A DNA stretch of 64,000 nucleotides from Candidatus Nomurabacteria bacterium (GCA_020631955.1 JACKGL010000002.1:141860-205859), one strand, 5' to 3'. Positions 25,353 through 33,979 are shown, numbered from the stretch's first letter. Notes: generated by a model not told the origin, from the letters alone. Program-made: numbers and translations.

Positions 25353-25447
25353 ATCCCCGACCCACACACCTTATTTTAACTCCTAAAAGTCTCCTGAAAT
25401 ACCCTTACGGTGTCTTACCTCCCTGGTACTGAACCCATATGGCCCGC
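25353..25447 (+). repeat. 95-nt cassette-end element, copy 2 (array terminus)
   Basis: Exactly the same stop-codon-to-GGCCCGC length as copy 1. It is followed by ATAAAAATCCC instead of CAAGAAAAC. Confidence 0.65.
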
Positions 25448-25449
25448 AT

Positions 25450-25472
25450 AAAAATCCCGAAAGGGATTTTTA
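25450..25472 (+). terminator. Rho-independent terminator
   Basis: AAAATCCC-GAAA-GGGATTTTT. Confidence 0.65.
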
Positions 25473-25529
25473 TAATTGTATTGTTATAAACCAGCACTTT
25501 GTTTTTATTTTTCATGCTAGAATATAAGT

Positions 25530-25991
25530 ATGGAACCCATATCCTGGCAAGAGTTGGAATATACTCCAAAAGAAAAGAAACCCGATTTTTATTGGGCTTT
25601 GGGTATTATTGCTGTTGCTTTGGGTGTGTCAGCTTTTGTTTATAGTAATCCGATACTCGGCATACTTATATTGGTAGGAGCTTTTTCTATAGCTATCATC
25701 TCGCTTCGCAAACCTCGCATGATGACATATGAGATATCTGAAAGAGGTATATCTATAAATGGAGAATTTTTTTCTTATAGAAGCATAGAAGCTTTTTATT
25801 TTGATAGAAAATATTATGGTCATTTGGTGCTCAGATTAGGAAAGGGAGCTTTTGCTACAGAAACCATAAACTTACCAGAAGGTGTAGATATAGATGAACT
25901 ACATAACTTTTTTGAAGAAGTTATGCCAGAAAAAGAAACAGAAATGATAGAAACGCCCTTTCATCTACTATTTGAAAGGATAGGTATCTAA
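25530..25991 (+). CDS. Membrane protein, unknown function
   Basis: 153 aa with two TM helices followed by a soluble domain. Confidence 0.5.
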   Translation: MEPISWQELEYTPKEKKPDFYWALGIIAVALGVSAFVYSNPILGILILVGAFSIAIISLRKPRMMTYEISERGISINGEFFSYRSIEAFYFDRKYYGHLVLRLGKGAFATETINLPEGVDIDELHNFFEEVMPEKETEMIETPFHLLFERIGI

Positions 25992-25993
25992 AC

Positions 25994-26578
25994 ATGCGCA
26001 GACTCAAAGAAAAAATGGTTGCATGGGTCAACAAGAAAATCGACAACCCACGAAAAGGTTTGTGGCTTTTTATTTTGGCTTTTTCTGAATCTAGTTTTTT
26101 TCCTATTCCTCCTGATGTGCTTCTTATAGGTATACTACTAACAAAAGAAAGAGCTCGTGCATATAGATATGCTTTTATTACTACTGTATCTTCTGTAGCT
26201 GGAGGAGTGTTTGGATATCTTATAGGACTTTTACTTTTCGATACCGTAGGAGCACAGATAGTCGACTTTTATCACTTACAAGAGGAAGTACAATATATAG
26301 GTAGAGTTTTTTCTGACAATGCATTTTTATCTATACTAGTATCTGCTTTCACTCCTATACCTTATAAAGTATTCACCATATCAGCCGGACTTTTTTCTGT
26401 ACCTTTTATACCTTTCTTTGTTGCTTCTGTAGTAGGAAGAGGTGCGAGATTTTATCTGGAAGCTGCATTACTTAAAAAGTATGGGCCAAGCGTGTCTAAG
26501 TTTATAAAAAAATGGTTTGATTTGATATCTATTGGTATAATACTATTGATAGTTATCGCTTTAATTATTTTTAAATAA
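25994..26578 (+). CDS. YqaA/DedA-type membrane protein
   Basis: SSFFPIPPDVLL motif and multiple TM helices. Confidence 0.6.
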   Translation: MRRLKEKMVAWVNKKIDNPRKGLWLFILAFSESSFFPIPPDVLLIGILLTKERARAYRYAFITTVSSVAGGVFGYLIGLLLFDTVGAQIVDFYHLQEEVQYIGRVFSDNAFLSILVSAFTPIPYKVFTISAGLFSVPFIPFFVASVVGRGARFYLEAALLKKYGPSVSKFIKKWFDLISIGIILLIVIALIIFK

Positions 26579-27667
26579 ATGAAGGACAGAGAAAATGTAT
26601 CAAAAATATTTCCTACACCAAGCTTCCTGGGGGGCAACTCTTTAGGGGTGGATATATCTGACAAATCTGTAAAATACGCATCGCTTTCTCCAGAAAATGG
26701 TGAATTAATACTCAACTACCACGGTAGAGAAGACATACCTGACGGGATAGTAGAAAGAGGTGAGATACAAGATCCTGAAAAACTTAAAGAGATATTTCGT
26801 AAAATAAAAAAGAAAGTAAAGAACGAATACATAAGAGCCGCTCTTCCTGAAGAAAAACTTTATCTATTCAACTTAAGTCTCCCAAAAATGCAAAACGAAG
26901 AGGTGAGAGATGCTATAGCTTTGTCACTGGAACAATACGTACCTATAACAAACGTAGATGTTATTTTTGACTTTGATTTTATAGAAGAGAAAAATGGTGA
27001 AATGCATTTCCAAGTAGGTGTGATACCAAAAGATATTATAGATAGCTATTTATCTTTGTTTGAGGGTACTGGTTTTACGCCTATTTCATTTGAGATAGAA
27101 GCGCAATCTATAGCCAGAGCTGTTATACCGAAAACAGAGACAGGAGCTGTAATGGTGGTGGATATGGGAGAGACTCGTACTGGTATATCTATAGCTTATA
27201 AAGGTTTTGTTTTGTTTACATCTACTGTAGAGATAGGAAGTGTACATTTGGATCAAGCTATAATGAAACATTTCAATATAGATGAAAAAGAAGCAAAACG
27301 AAGAAAAGAAAAATACGGCATAAGACAAGGTATGTCTGAAGAAAGTAATCTATTATCTGCTGTGGTAGACACTCTGACAGCTCTTCGTGATGAAGTAAAC
27401 AAGCACTATATATTTTGGGGCAGTCACCCTTTTGATAATGGATCCGAAAGACCAAAGATAGAAAAAATGATTATGTGTGGTGGAGGGTCAAATCTTTCCG
27501 GGGTCACTGACTTTATGTCTGAATCATTAAAAATGATAGTAGAAAAAGCCAACCCGTGGGTGAATGTTAATTCCATGAAAAGATACATACCAGATATGCA
27601 AAGAGATGATTCTATGGCTTATACTACTAGTTTTGGATTAGCATTAGCTGATTACGACCATGATTAA
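26579..27667 (+). CDS. pilM: Type IV pilus assembly protein PilM (actin-like ATPase fold)
   Basis: 362 aa; GVDISDKSVKYASL ... VVDMGETRTGISI ... MCGGGSNLSG. Confidence 0.75.
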   Translation: MKDRENVSKIFPTPSFLGGNSLGVDISDKSVKYASLSPENGELILNYHGREDIPDGIVERGEIQDPEKLKEIFRKIKKKVKNEYIRAALPEEKLYLFNLSLPKMQNEEVRDAIALSLEQYVPITNVDVIFDFDFIEEKNGEMHFQVGVIPKDIIDSYLSLFEGTGFTPISFEIEAQSIARAVIPKTETGAVMVVDMGETRTGISIAYKGFVLFTSTVEIGSVHLDQAIMKHFNIDEKEAKRRKEKYGIRQGMSEESNLLSAVVDTLTALRDEVNKHYIFWGSHPFDNGSERPKIEKMIMCGGGSNLSGVTDFMSESLKMIVEKANPWVNVNSMKRYIPDMQRDDSMAYTTSFGLALADYDHD

Positions 27668-28226
27668 TTTATTACCATTAGAATATAAAAAGAAAATAAA
27701 CAAAGAGATCATGGAAAGAGTGGTATCTATCATCTCTTTTATGGTTACAATAGTTTTTTTTGTGGGGGCCTTGGTAGCTATACCTTCTTTAGTGTTTCTT
27801 AGTTCCCAGACCAAGTCTGCACAAGCTGAACTCTCTGGTGTGACAGCTGTGTTTGGGGAAGAGTCTGGTAAAAGTGCGTCTGTGCTTATAGCTGAAAGAA
27901 GTGAGCTTATTAGTTATTTCTTTACTGAAGAAAATATACCTCTTTATCCTACAGAAGCTTTCAACTATTTTATAGAAGATGCAGGCGAGGGGATAAATAT
28001 AACCAATTTGATATATAAACCAGAAGTAAGTAAAGCCGGGAAAGATGAGGTGTCTCAAATAACATATGTGGCGGGGATATCAGGGACTTCTGACACAAGA
28101 GATGAACTTATAAAATACAGAAAAAAACTTGAATCAAGAGAAGATATAGCCTCAGTGGATTTACCTATAGGAAGTTTGGTCGAAGACAAAGACATAGAGT
28201 TTAGTATAACAATCACTTTTAAATAG
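27660..28226 (+). CDS. PilN-like pilus assembly protein
   Basis: MINLLPLEYKKK start, a single TM helix, and its position after pilM. Confidence 0.55.
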   Translation: MINLLPLEYKKKINKEIMERVVSIISFMVTIVFFVGALVAIPSLVFLSSQTKSAQAELSGVTAVFGEESGKSASVLIAERSELISYFFTEENIPLYPTEAFNYFIEDAGEGINITNLIYKPEVSKAGKDEVSQITYVAGISGTSDTRDELIKYRKKLESREDIASVDLPIGSLVEDKDIEFSITITFK

Positions 28227-28227
28227 C

Positions 28228-28764
28228 ATGAAAAAGACTAGAGTTTTTACAATAATAACCTCAGCACTGGCCATCATTTTTATTGCCGGATACTTTGTTC
28301 TTCAAGGTGTTATAGATAAAAAGTTCAAGGAATTGGAAGATGTAAAAAAACAAATCACTATAGCTGATAACAAATTCCTTCAAATACGAAACCAAAACCA
28401 ACTCCTTTCTTCTGATAGTGATGAAGACGTACTCAACTCTTTATTTTTGAAAGAGGACAAAGTGGTAGATTTTATTGAAGAAATAGAAGGTTTTGATGAT
28501 GTTTTAGGTACAGATACTTCTATAACAAAAATAGATGAAATAGAAAACTCTGCTACAGGAAACCCAGAAATATCTTTGACTATAAACTCTGTCGGGAGCT
28601 TTGACCAACTAATAGAGATAAGTAAGCTCTTGGAAAATATGCCATTTGAAGTTTCTTTTACTGGTAGTCAGTTATCACAAGAACTTACTAGAGAAGGAGA
28701 ATTTGTAGATTCGTGGAAACTTTCAGCTGATATTATTATTCATACTTACAGGAAAAATAAATGA
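28228..28764 (+). CDS. PilO-like pilus assembly protein
   Basis: N-terminal TM helix plus coiled coil. Called by position only. Confidence 0.4.
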   Translation: MKKTRVFTIITSALAIIFIAGYFVLQGVIDKKFKELEDVKKQITIADNKFLQIRNQNQLLSSDSDEDVLNSLFLKEDKVVDFIEEIEGFDDVLGTDTSITKIDEIENSATGNPEISLTINSVGSFDQLIEISKLLENMPFEVSFTGSQLSQELTREGEFVDSWKLSADIIIHTYRKNK

Positions 28765-29189
28765 AAGACTTCATAGAAAAAATAAAAACAAGCTTTAAAA
28801 AGAAAGACAAGGAAAAACCATTTAAGAAAAAGAAAGCTTATAGAAAAAAAGACCTTTCTTTTATATGGAAGGTTTTGATACTTAGTTTTTTCAGTATTTT
28901 ATTATTGCTAACAATTTTTGAATCTATCACTTTCTTAAAACTTTCTAAAAAAGAATTTGTCTTTACGGATGAAGAGCTTGCAGGGTTTGTTTCTGATGAT
29001 AATTATGGTGTCCTTTCAGGAATAGTAGACCGCTTCACAAAGAAAAAAGAAGTATTTGAGGATATACTAGGCAAGCCCATGTTTATGGATGAGAGTGATA
29101 TACAAGTAGACTCTTTGTCTGACACAGACGGGGGATCTGAGAGTGTCACTAGCAGTGTGCCAAGTAGCACATCAGGTACGTCTCGATAA
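28761..29189 (+). CDS. Membrane protein, unknown (pilus cluster)
   Basis: 142 aa, basic N-terminus, one TM helix, overlaps the preceding gene by 4 nt. Confidence 0.4.
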   Translation: MKDFIEKIKTSFKKKDKEKPFKKKKAYRKKDLSFIWKVLILSFFSILLLLTIFESITFLKLSKKEFVFTDEELAGFVSDDNYGVLSGIVDRFTKKKEVFEDILGKPMFMDESDIQVDSLSDTDGGSESVTSSVPSSTSGTSR

Positions 29190-29239
29190 AAGCTTGACTC
29201 ATAAGGGTAAATATTGCTATATTTGAGACCGTACATATT

Positions 29240-29311
29240 GCCTTCGTAGTTCAATGGATAGAACGAGGGACTTCTAATCCCTTAATGTAGGTTCGATTCC
29301 TACCGAAGGCA
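29240..29311 (+). tRNA. tRNA-Arg (anticodon UCU)
   Basis: Acceptor GCCTTCG/CGAAGGC, anticodon loop CTTCTAA, T arm GTAGG-TTCGATT-CCTAC. 72 nt. Confidence 0.9.
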
Positions 29312-29367
29312 CAATTGCTTTTGATTGTTTTACATGATGAGCAATATAATGTAATATACCTTTACTT

Positions 29368-29440
29368 GCGCGATTAGCTCAGTTGGTAGAGCAGTCCGTT
29401 TACACCGGAAAGGTCGGGGGTTCAAGTCCCTCATCGCGCA
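29368..29440 (+). tRNA. tRNA-Val (anticodon UAC)
   Basis: Acceptor GCGCGAT/ATCGCGC, anticodon loop TTTACAC, T arm GGGGG-TTCAAGT-CCCTC. 73 nt. Confidence 0.9.
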
Positions 29441-29446
29441 CAAAAA

Positions 29447-29480
29447 ATCACCCCGACCGTGTGTCGGGGTGATTTTGTTT
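29447..29480 (+). terminator. Rho-independent terminator after the tRNA pair
   Basis: ATCACCCCGAC...GTCGGGGTGAT followed by a T tract. Confidence 0.7.
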
Positions 29481-29501
29481 ATAGGGTGATATAATCTTTA
29501 T

Positions 29502-30383
29502 ATGGGATACGAAGAATCATTTCTAGGTAATCTAGATAGGACATTAGAAAAACAAAGAAAGAATATTTTTGAGGACTCAAACAAACTGAAACAAATAGTC
29601 AATAAAATGAAGGAACTCTTCATTATTGATAAACCAGAAATCAGTTCTTTTGGTGATATACACAAGAAAGATGTTATTGATTCAGATTTAGAAAAACTAA
29701 AACAAAGAGAGGTAGATTTTAAAAATAGTGGTTCACAAGAGGATTTGCTCATGATATCAGAAATATTTGAAGGTATTGTTATAGCAGAATCTGAACAAAA
29801 CGAATGGTTGGGGAGTAAAGCTACTGTAACTAGTGCGTCTAGATATGATGATGTTTTTAACGGTGTAGATGCTGTGTGTGAGTTTAGATCGGACGAAGAT
29901 GAAAACAAATTTCTTGCTCTAGGTATAGATGTGACTTTTGGTAATGCTGATTCAGATACTCTAGATAAAAAGTTCTCTAAAATAGAAAAGATGATTAAAT
30001 CAGGAGAGATGACCAATCTGAAGTATTTTAAAGACAGTGAAGGTAGAAATAAGAGTATGTACGCGCCTAAAGTAGTAGTGGGAGCAGACACAAATACAGT
30101 TAAAGAACTCTTTGATTTGTGGGATAAAAAAAAGAATAAAGAGCTTGCGGCTCATCCTTATCAATGTGGAATGGTTTTGACTATACAATATCAACTGTAT
30201 CATTTTTATAAATTAGCTATGGATTATGGTCATGAAAACATAGCTGAATCCTATCGCAATGCTCTTGAGCAAGTAAATGACTTAGTAGAAGAAAAAAAAG
30301 ATATGTACAATAGTATGCTTGAAGATAGTATGAAAGATACTGTTGTGAAAAGATTATGGGATAAAGTTAGACCTAAAGAATAA
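29502..30383 (+). CDS. Hypothetical protein (293 aa)
   Basis: Long ORF with no recognised motif, directly downstream of tRNA-Val. Confidence 0.5.
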   Translation: MGYEESFLGNLDRTLEKQRKNIFEDSNKLKQIVNKMKELFIIDKPEISSFGDIHKKDVIDSDLEKLKQREVDFKNSGSQEDLLMISEIFEGIVIAESEQNEWLGSKATVTSASRYDDVFNGVDAVCEFRSDEDENKFLALGIDVTFGNADSDTLDKKFSKIEKMIKSGEMTNLKYFKDSEGRNKSMYAPKVVVGADTNTVKELFDLWDKKKNKELAAHPYQCGMVLTIQYQLYHFYKLAMDYGHENIAESYRNALEQVNDLVEEKKDMYNSMLEDSMKDTVVKRLWDKVRPKE

Positions 30384-31126
30384 TGCAACCAGGAATAATA
30401 TACGAAGATGAATATTTGATGGCAGTAGCCAAACCAGCAGGGATGATGGTACACAGTGACGGCAGAAGTGACGAGTATACTTTGGCTGACTGGATATCAG
30501 AAAACAGACCAGAAGTAGTAGGTGTAGGTGAAAACATGGAAATAGACGGCAAGGAAATAAAAAGACCTGGCATTGTTCACCGTTTAGATAGAGACACTAC
30601 AGGAGTGGTGGTCATAGCTAAAAACCAAGAAACTTTTCTTTTTCTAAAAAGACAGTTTAAAGGACATAAAATAAAAAAAAGATATGAAGCCATAGTTTGG
30701 GGACATGTGGCTAGAGACTTTGGGATTATTGATGCTCCTATAGGTAGAAGTAAGTCCGACTTCAGACAATGGTCTGCTTCTCGTGGTGCTAGAGGAGAGA
30801 AGAGAGATGCTAAGACTAGGTTTCAAGTGATAAAAAGATTTGTTTATGATGACGAAGACGGAGAAAGAGAAAAATACACTCATATAGCACTTTACCCACT
30901 TTCCGGACGTACCCATCAGCTAAGGGTGCATATGAAATTTATCAACCACCCTATAATAGGGGACAAGCTTTATGGGGCTGGTAAAAAGACAGCTTTTGAT
31001 TTCGACAGACCAGCTCTTCATGCAAAAGAGCTTACCATTACTCATCCTAAAAAAGGCGAAACCAAGTTTCTCGCTCCATACCCAAAAGACTTAGAAGAGG
31101 CTCTTGCGGCAATCGCGAATTCATGA
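30383..31126 (+). CDS. RluA/RluD family pseudouridine synthase
   Basis: HRLDRDTTGVVVIAK catalytic motif. Confidence 0.85.
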   Translation: MQPGIIYEDEYLMAVAKPAGMMVHSDGRSDEYTLADWISENRPEVVGVGENMEIDGKEIKRPGIVHRLDRDTTGVVVIAKNQETFLFLKRQFKGHKIKKRYEAIVWGHVARDFGIIDAPIGRSKSDFRQWSASRGARGEKRDAKTRFQVIKRFVYDDEDGEREKYTHIALYPLSGRTHQLRVHMKFINHPIIGDKLYGAGKKTAFDFDRPALHAKELTITHPKKGETKFLAPYPKDLEEALAAIANS

Positions 31127-31142
31127 TAAAGTCTTCCTCGTT

Positions 31143-31694
31143 ATGGCACAGACAGTAAATGTTAATTTTACGCCGGTAAACCTAGCTTCAAGAAAGAATC
31201 TTGATATGAAAGCTGGAGATACAGTAAAGGTGTATTCAAAAATTCAAGAAAAAGGAAAGACACGTCTTCAGGCATTTGAAGGAGTGGTACTTGCTCGTAA
31301 GCACGGTGGTGAACCAGGAGCTACTTTCACAGTAAGAAAGGTGGCTAGCGGTGTAGGTGTAGAGAGAGTTTTTCCACTTTATTCACCTATGATAGACAGA
31401 ATAGAGATAATAAAGAGAAGCAAGACCAGAAGAAGTAAGCTATACTTCATACGTGAAAAAGCTGCTAAAGAAATAAGAAAGAGAATGAAAGCTTTTGCTT
31501 TTGCTCAGTCATCAGTAGATTTTATCGAAGAAGAACCAGAAGTAGTAGAAGAAATAGCAGAAGAAACCGAAGCAATACCAGAAATGGCGGCAGAAGAAAC
31601 TCCAGTTGAAGCAACAGCTGAAGAAGCGGCCCCAGAAGAGAAGACAGAAGAAGTACCAGCTGAAACAACTGAAGAAGAAACAAAGTCTGAATAA
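31143..31694 (+). CDS. rplS: 50S ribosomal protein L19 with an approximately 65-aa acidic C-terminal extension
   Basis: GDTVKVYSKIQEKGKTRLQAFEGVVLARKHGG...FTVRK core, then an E/A/T/P-rich tail. Confidence 0.9.
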   Translation: MAQTVNVNFTPVNLASRKNLDMKAGDTVKVYSKIQEKGKTRLQAFEGVVLARKHGGEPGATFTVRKVASGVGVERVFPLYSPMIDRIEIIKRSKTRRSKLYFIREKAAKEIRKRMKAFAFAQSSVDFIEEEPEVVEEIAEETEAIPEMAAEETPVEATAEEAAPEEKTEEVPAETTEEETKSE

Positions 31695-31696
31695 TT

Positions 31697-31720
31697 AAAA
31701 TCCCCGAAAGGGGATTTTTT
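31697..31720 (+). terminator. Rho-independent terminator
   Basis: AAAATCCCC-GAAA-GGGGATTTTTT. Confidence 0.7.
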
Positions 31721-31734
31721 GGTATAATTTTTTT

Positions 31735-32019
31735 ATGAGAAATATAAAACAATATAAAGAAAAACTTGTCGATGAAGGATTTAAACATGTATTTGAGTGG
31801 AGAGATAGACCAGGTACGATCTACGAAATACACGCGCACAAAGACCGTGTATCTTTTTATCTTCTCGACGGTGATCTAACTTTTGAATTTGATGATGAGA
31901 AAGTACATATACAAGCTCCGACTAGATACGATGTGGCGCCCGGCAGAGAACACAGTGCTATTGTTGGAAAAAACGGAGCTTACTATGTGGTAGGAGAAAT
32001 GATAGAAGGGGACTCTTAA
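31735..32019 (+). CDS. Small cupin-fold protein
   Basis: 94 aa; H-x-H...E and late H pattern (YEIHAHKD...REHSA). Confidence 0.55.
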   Translation: MRNIKQYKEKLVDEGFKHVFEWRDRPGTIYEIHAHKDRVSFYLLDGDLTFEFDDEKVHIQAPTRYDVAPGREHSAIVGKNGAYYVVGEMIEGDS

Positions 32020-32026
32020 TTTTTTT

Positions 32027-32258
32027 GTGTCTTTATTGTACCAAGTTAGAACCTATTTCCAAAGTCGAACCTAATCGCACATCCGTGCGCTAAAGCGCCT
32101 CTGTGCGAAGCACAGAGCTTTTCCAAAGGAAAAGGACGGATATGCGAAATGCAAATGCGGAACGCGAGCGGAAAGAATTTTGCGGAGGACTGGGGGTCTG
32201 GGGGAAAGGGCTCCGCAAAATTTCCGCTTCGTGTGCTTCGCTGTTTTTTGGCTGGGCG
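32027..32258 (+). repeat. IR-A, left copy (232 bp)
   Basis: Checked base by base: the reverse complement of 33980..34211 is identical over all 232 nt. Confidence 0.95.
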
Positions 32259-32407
32259 GGCATTAAGAAAAGAAATACAATATTGAAATTTTGGCAAAGC
32301 CAAAATACATTCTTAGTTTGTGCTTGACCCACCCTCCCATTCGCGCACAAAAATTCTGCTCCCAAAAACAACTAGAAAAAGAGAGCAAAAAATGTTAAAA
32401 TTGCACT

Positions 32408-33973
32408 ATGGAAAATAATGGTTTCAATAAGATTATAAACAACATTAACGAACAAAAAGGAAATTTTGGTGAGCCCCTTATTGAAAAACTTGGTCTAAAA
32501 ACTGGCAAGGAAGTCTCTCTGGTTAAACGTTCTCTTTCCGAAAATTCTGCCATTGGTGTTGGACAAAAAATTGAGGGCAAACTTATCCGTGATGTTCATG
32601 TTGGGCTACCTATTGAATTAGAAAATTCAAACACAAGTCCAATCAAAGAAATAAAAGAGGAACAAGGAAAATATTTTGTAAAAACACTTACTTCTGTGTA
32701 TGAACTTTTTGTACAAGCACAAAAAGTGGGAAATTTTGAGAAAATTTCCCACTTACAAGATGAACTAAAACAAATTGAATCTCATTTAAGTGAACAACCT
32801 GAATCAATCCAAAAAATGTTTCAAGAAATGAAAGACAAATTTTATTCTTCGGTTGAAATAGATAATAAAAAATTTATGTTCACCCAATTAAATGGAAATG
32901 ATGTAATGTCTTGGGTTGAAGATAAAAAAAATCCAGGCAAATGGAAAACTCGTCTTTTCAGGTTTTCTAGTTCAGATCACCAATGGAAATCACTGCCCGG
33001 AGAACGCGATGACGGAAGTTATATGAAAGGTGATGAGGATAGTCCTTTGCATCATTATGTGCAAAGTGCGAAATTAGATAAGAGAATTTATAAATTGATA
33101 AATTCTTTGCCTCAAAAATATAATCATTATTCAGCACAAGAATATTTACCCACTCCCCCGTATGGAGATACCAAAGGTCATTTTTGGAATGAATTTGAAT
33201 TTAAGGAAAATTACCAAACATTAAAAAATAAAGAATGGGCTTCCTACCAAGACTTTTGCCAGAGGTTTTTTAAGGGTTATGAAAGATTTGTGATGGGTGC
33301 TGATGGTTTCAGAAATTTTACTTTAGACGGTGGTCTGTATAAATGGATGAAAAATCTTGAAAGCATTGCAGAGTTTAGAAATATAAAAACTGAACTAGAA
33401 AGATTAAACACTAATCCAGAATATGCTGAGGAGTTGAAGCAAAGCAGTCTTTGGCGAATGGAAAAATTTATCAATGATAAACCGGAAGTTAAACACTTTG
33501 CTGAAGTATACAAACAAAATATTGGTTCTTACGTTGAAAAATGTTTTAAAGCAAGATTTCCTGAAACAATGATGCCTGATTTCAAAAAATGTGTTGATAA
33601 ATACGATAAGGTTGATATTGCTGAACAAGCACAAAAAAATAATATTCATATTGAGGAATACAAGGTAAATAATCCTGAAGGAGACGAATTAGTCTTTGCT
33701 ATGGCATATGACGATAAAGGTCGAGTCTATATTGATAATATTTATGACCCAAGAGTAGAAATTAGTGATTATGGTATTCCAAGCGAAATAGTCCAAATGG
33801 GACATTTGGTTTACAAGCCAGAGGATTATAGACAACAAACATATGCAATTCCTGAAAAATATTTAAATGATAAAAATAGCCACAAGTATATTGACATAAG
33901 TGCATTGTGGGAAAATATCCCAGTGATTAAAAATTTCAAAGAAGAGTTAAGGGTGCGTGGTGTTTTGAAATAA
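32408..33973 (+). CDS. Orphan cargo protein (521 aa) enclosed by IR-A
   Basis: Uninterrupted ORF, AT-rich unlike the flanking repeats, with no signal peptide or recognised motif. Its stop lies 6 nt before the right IR-A copy. Confidence 0.6.
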   Translation: MENNGFNKIINNINEQKGNFGEPLIEKLGLKTGKEVSLVKRSLSENSAIGVGQKIEGKLIRDVHVGLPIELENSNTSPIKEIKEEQGKYFVKTLTSVYELFVQAQKVGNFEKISHLQDELKQIESHLSEQPESIQKMFQEMKDKFYSSVEIDNKKFMFTQLNGNDVMSWVEDKKNPGKWKTRLFRFSSSDHQWKSLPGERDDGSYMKGDEDSPLHHYVQSAKLDKRIYKLINSLPQKYNHYSAQEYLPTPPYGDTKGHFWNEFEFKENYQTLKNKEWASYQDFCQRFFKGYERFVMGADGFRNFTLDGGLYKWMKNLESIAEFRNIKTELERLNTNPEYAEELKQSSLWRMEKFINDKPEVKHFAEVYKQNIGSYVEKCFKARFPETMMPDFKKCVDKYDKVDIAEQAQKNNIHIEEYKVNNPEGDELVFAMAYDDKGRVYIDNIYDPRVEISDYGIPSEIVQMGHLVYKPEDYRQQTYAIPEKYLNDKNSHKYIDISALWENIPVIKNFKEELRVRGVLK

Positions 33974-33979
33974 CTGCCT

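Larger units (their letters stand above)
23236..25447. mobile_element. tRNA-Ser-adjacent array of integrase-less single-gene cassettes and att-like remnants
   Basis: A degenerate copy of the tRNA 3' end (23369..23385), then two cassettes (23386..24601 and 24602..25447). Each starts CAAGA...AGTATCGGA..GACCC and ends with a 95-nt conserved element terminating in GGCCCGC. Confidence 0.55.

Noticed and set aside
23236-25447. A classical integron (CALIN) interpretation of the tRNA-Ser cassette array.
   Set aside because: There is no IntI gene in the window. The 95-nt elements also lack the canonical attC core/inverse-core pair (GTTRRRY / RYYYAAC) and obvious imperfect-hairpin symmetry. The analogy is kept, but the classification is rejected.
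32046-32371. Track ORFs inside IR-A (32046..32303 minus, 32090..32371 minus, 32103..32327 plus) and their mirror images at 33826..34135.
   Set aside because: They are the same sequence translated twice because of the inverted repeat. They overlap each other in several frames, sit on stacked hairpins, and have Arg/Gly/Cys-rich compositions unlike real proteins here.
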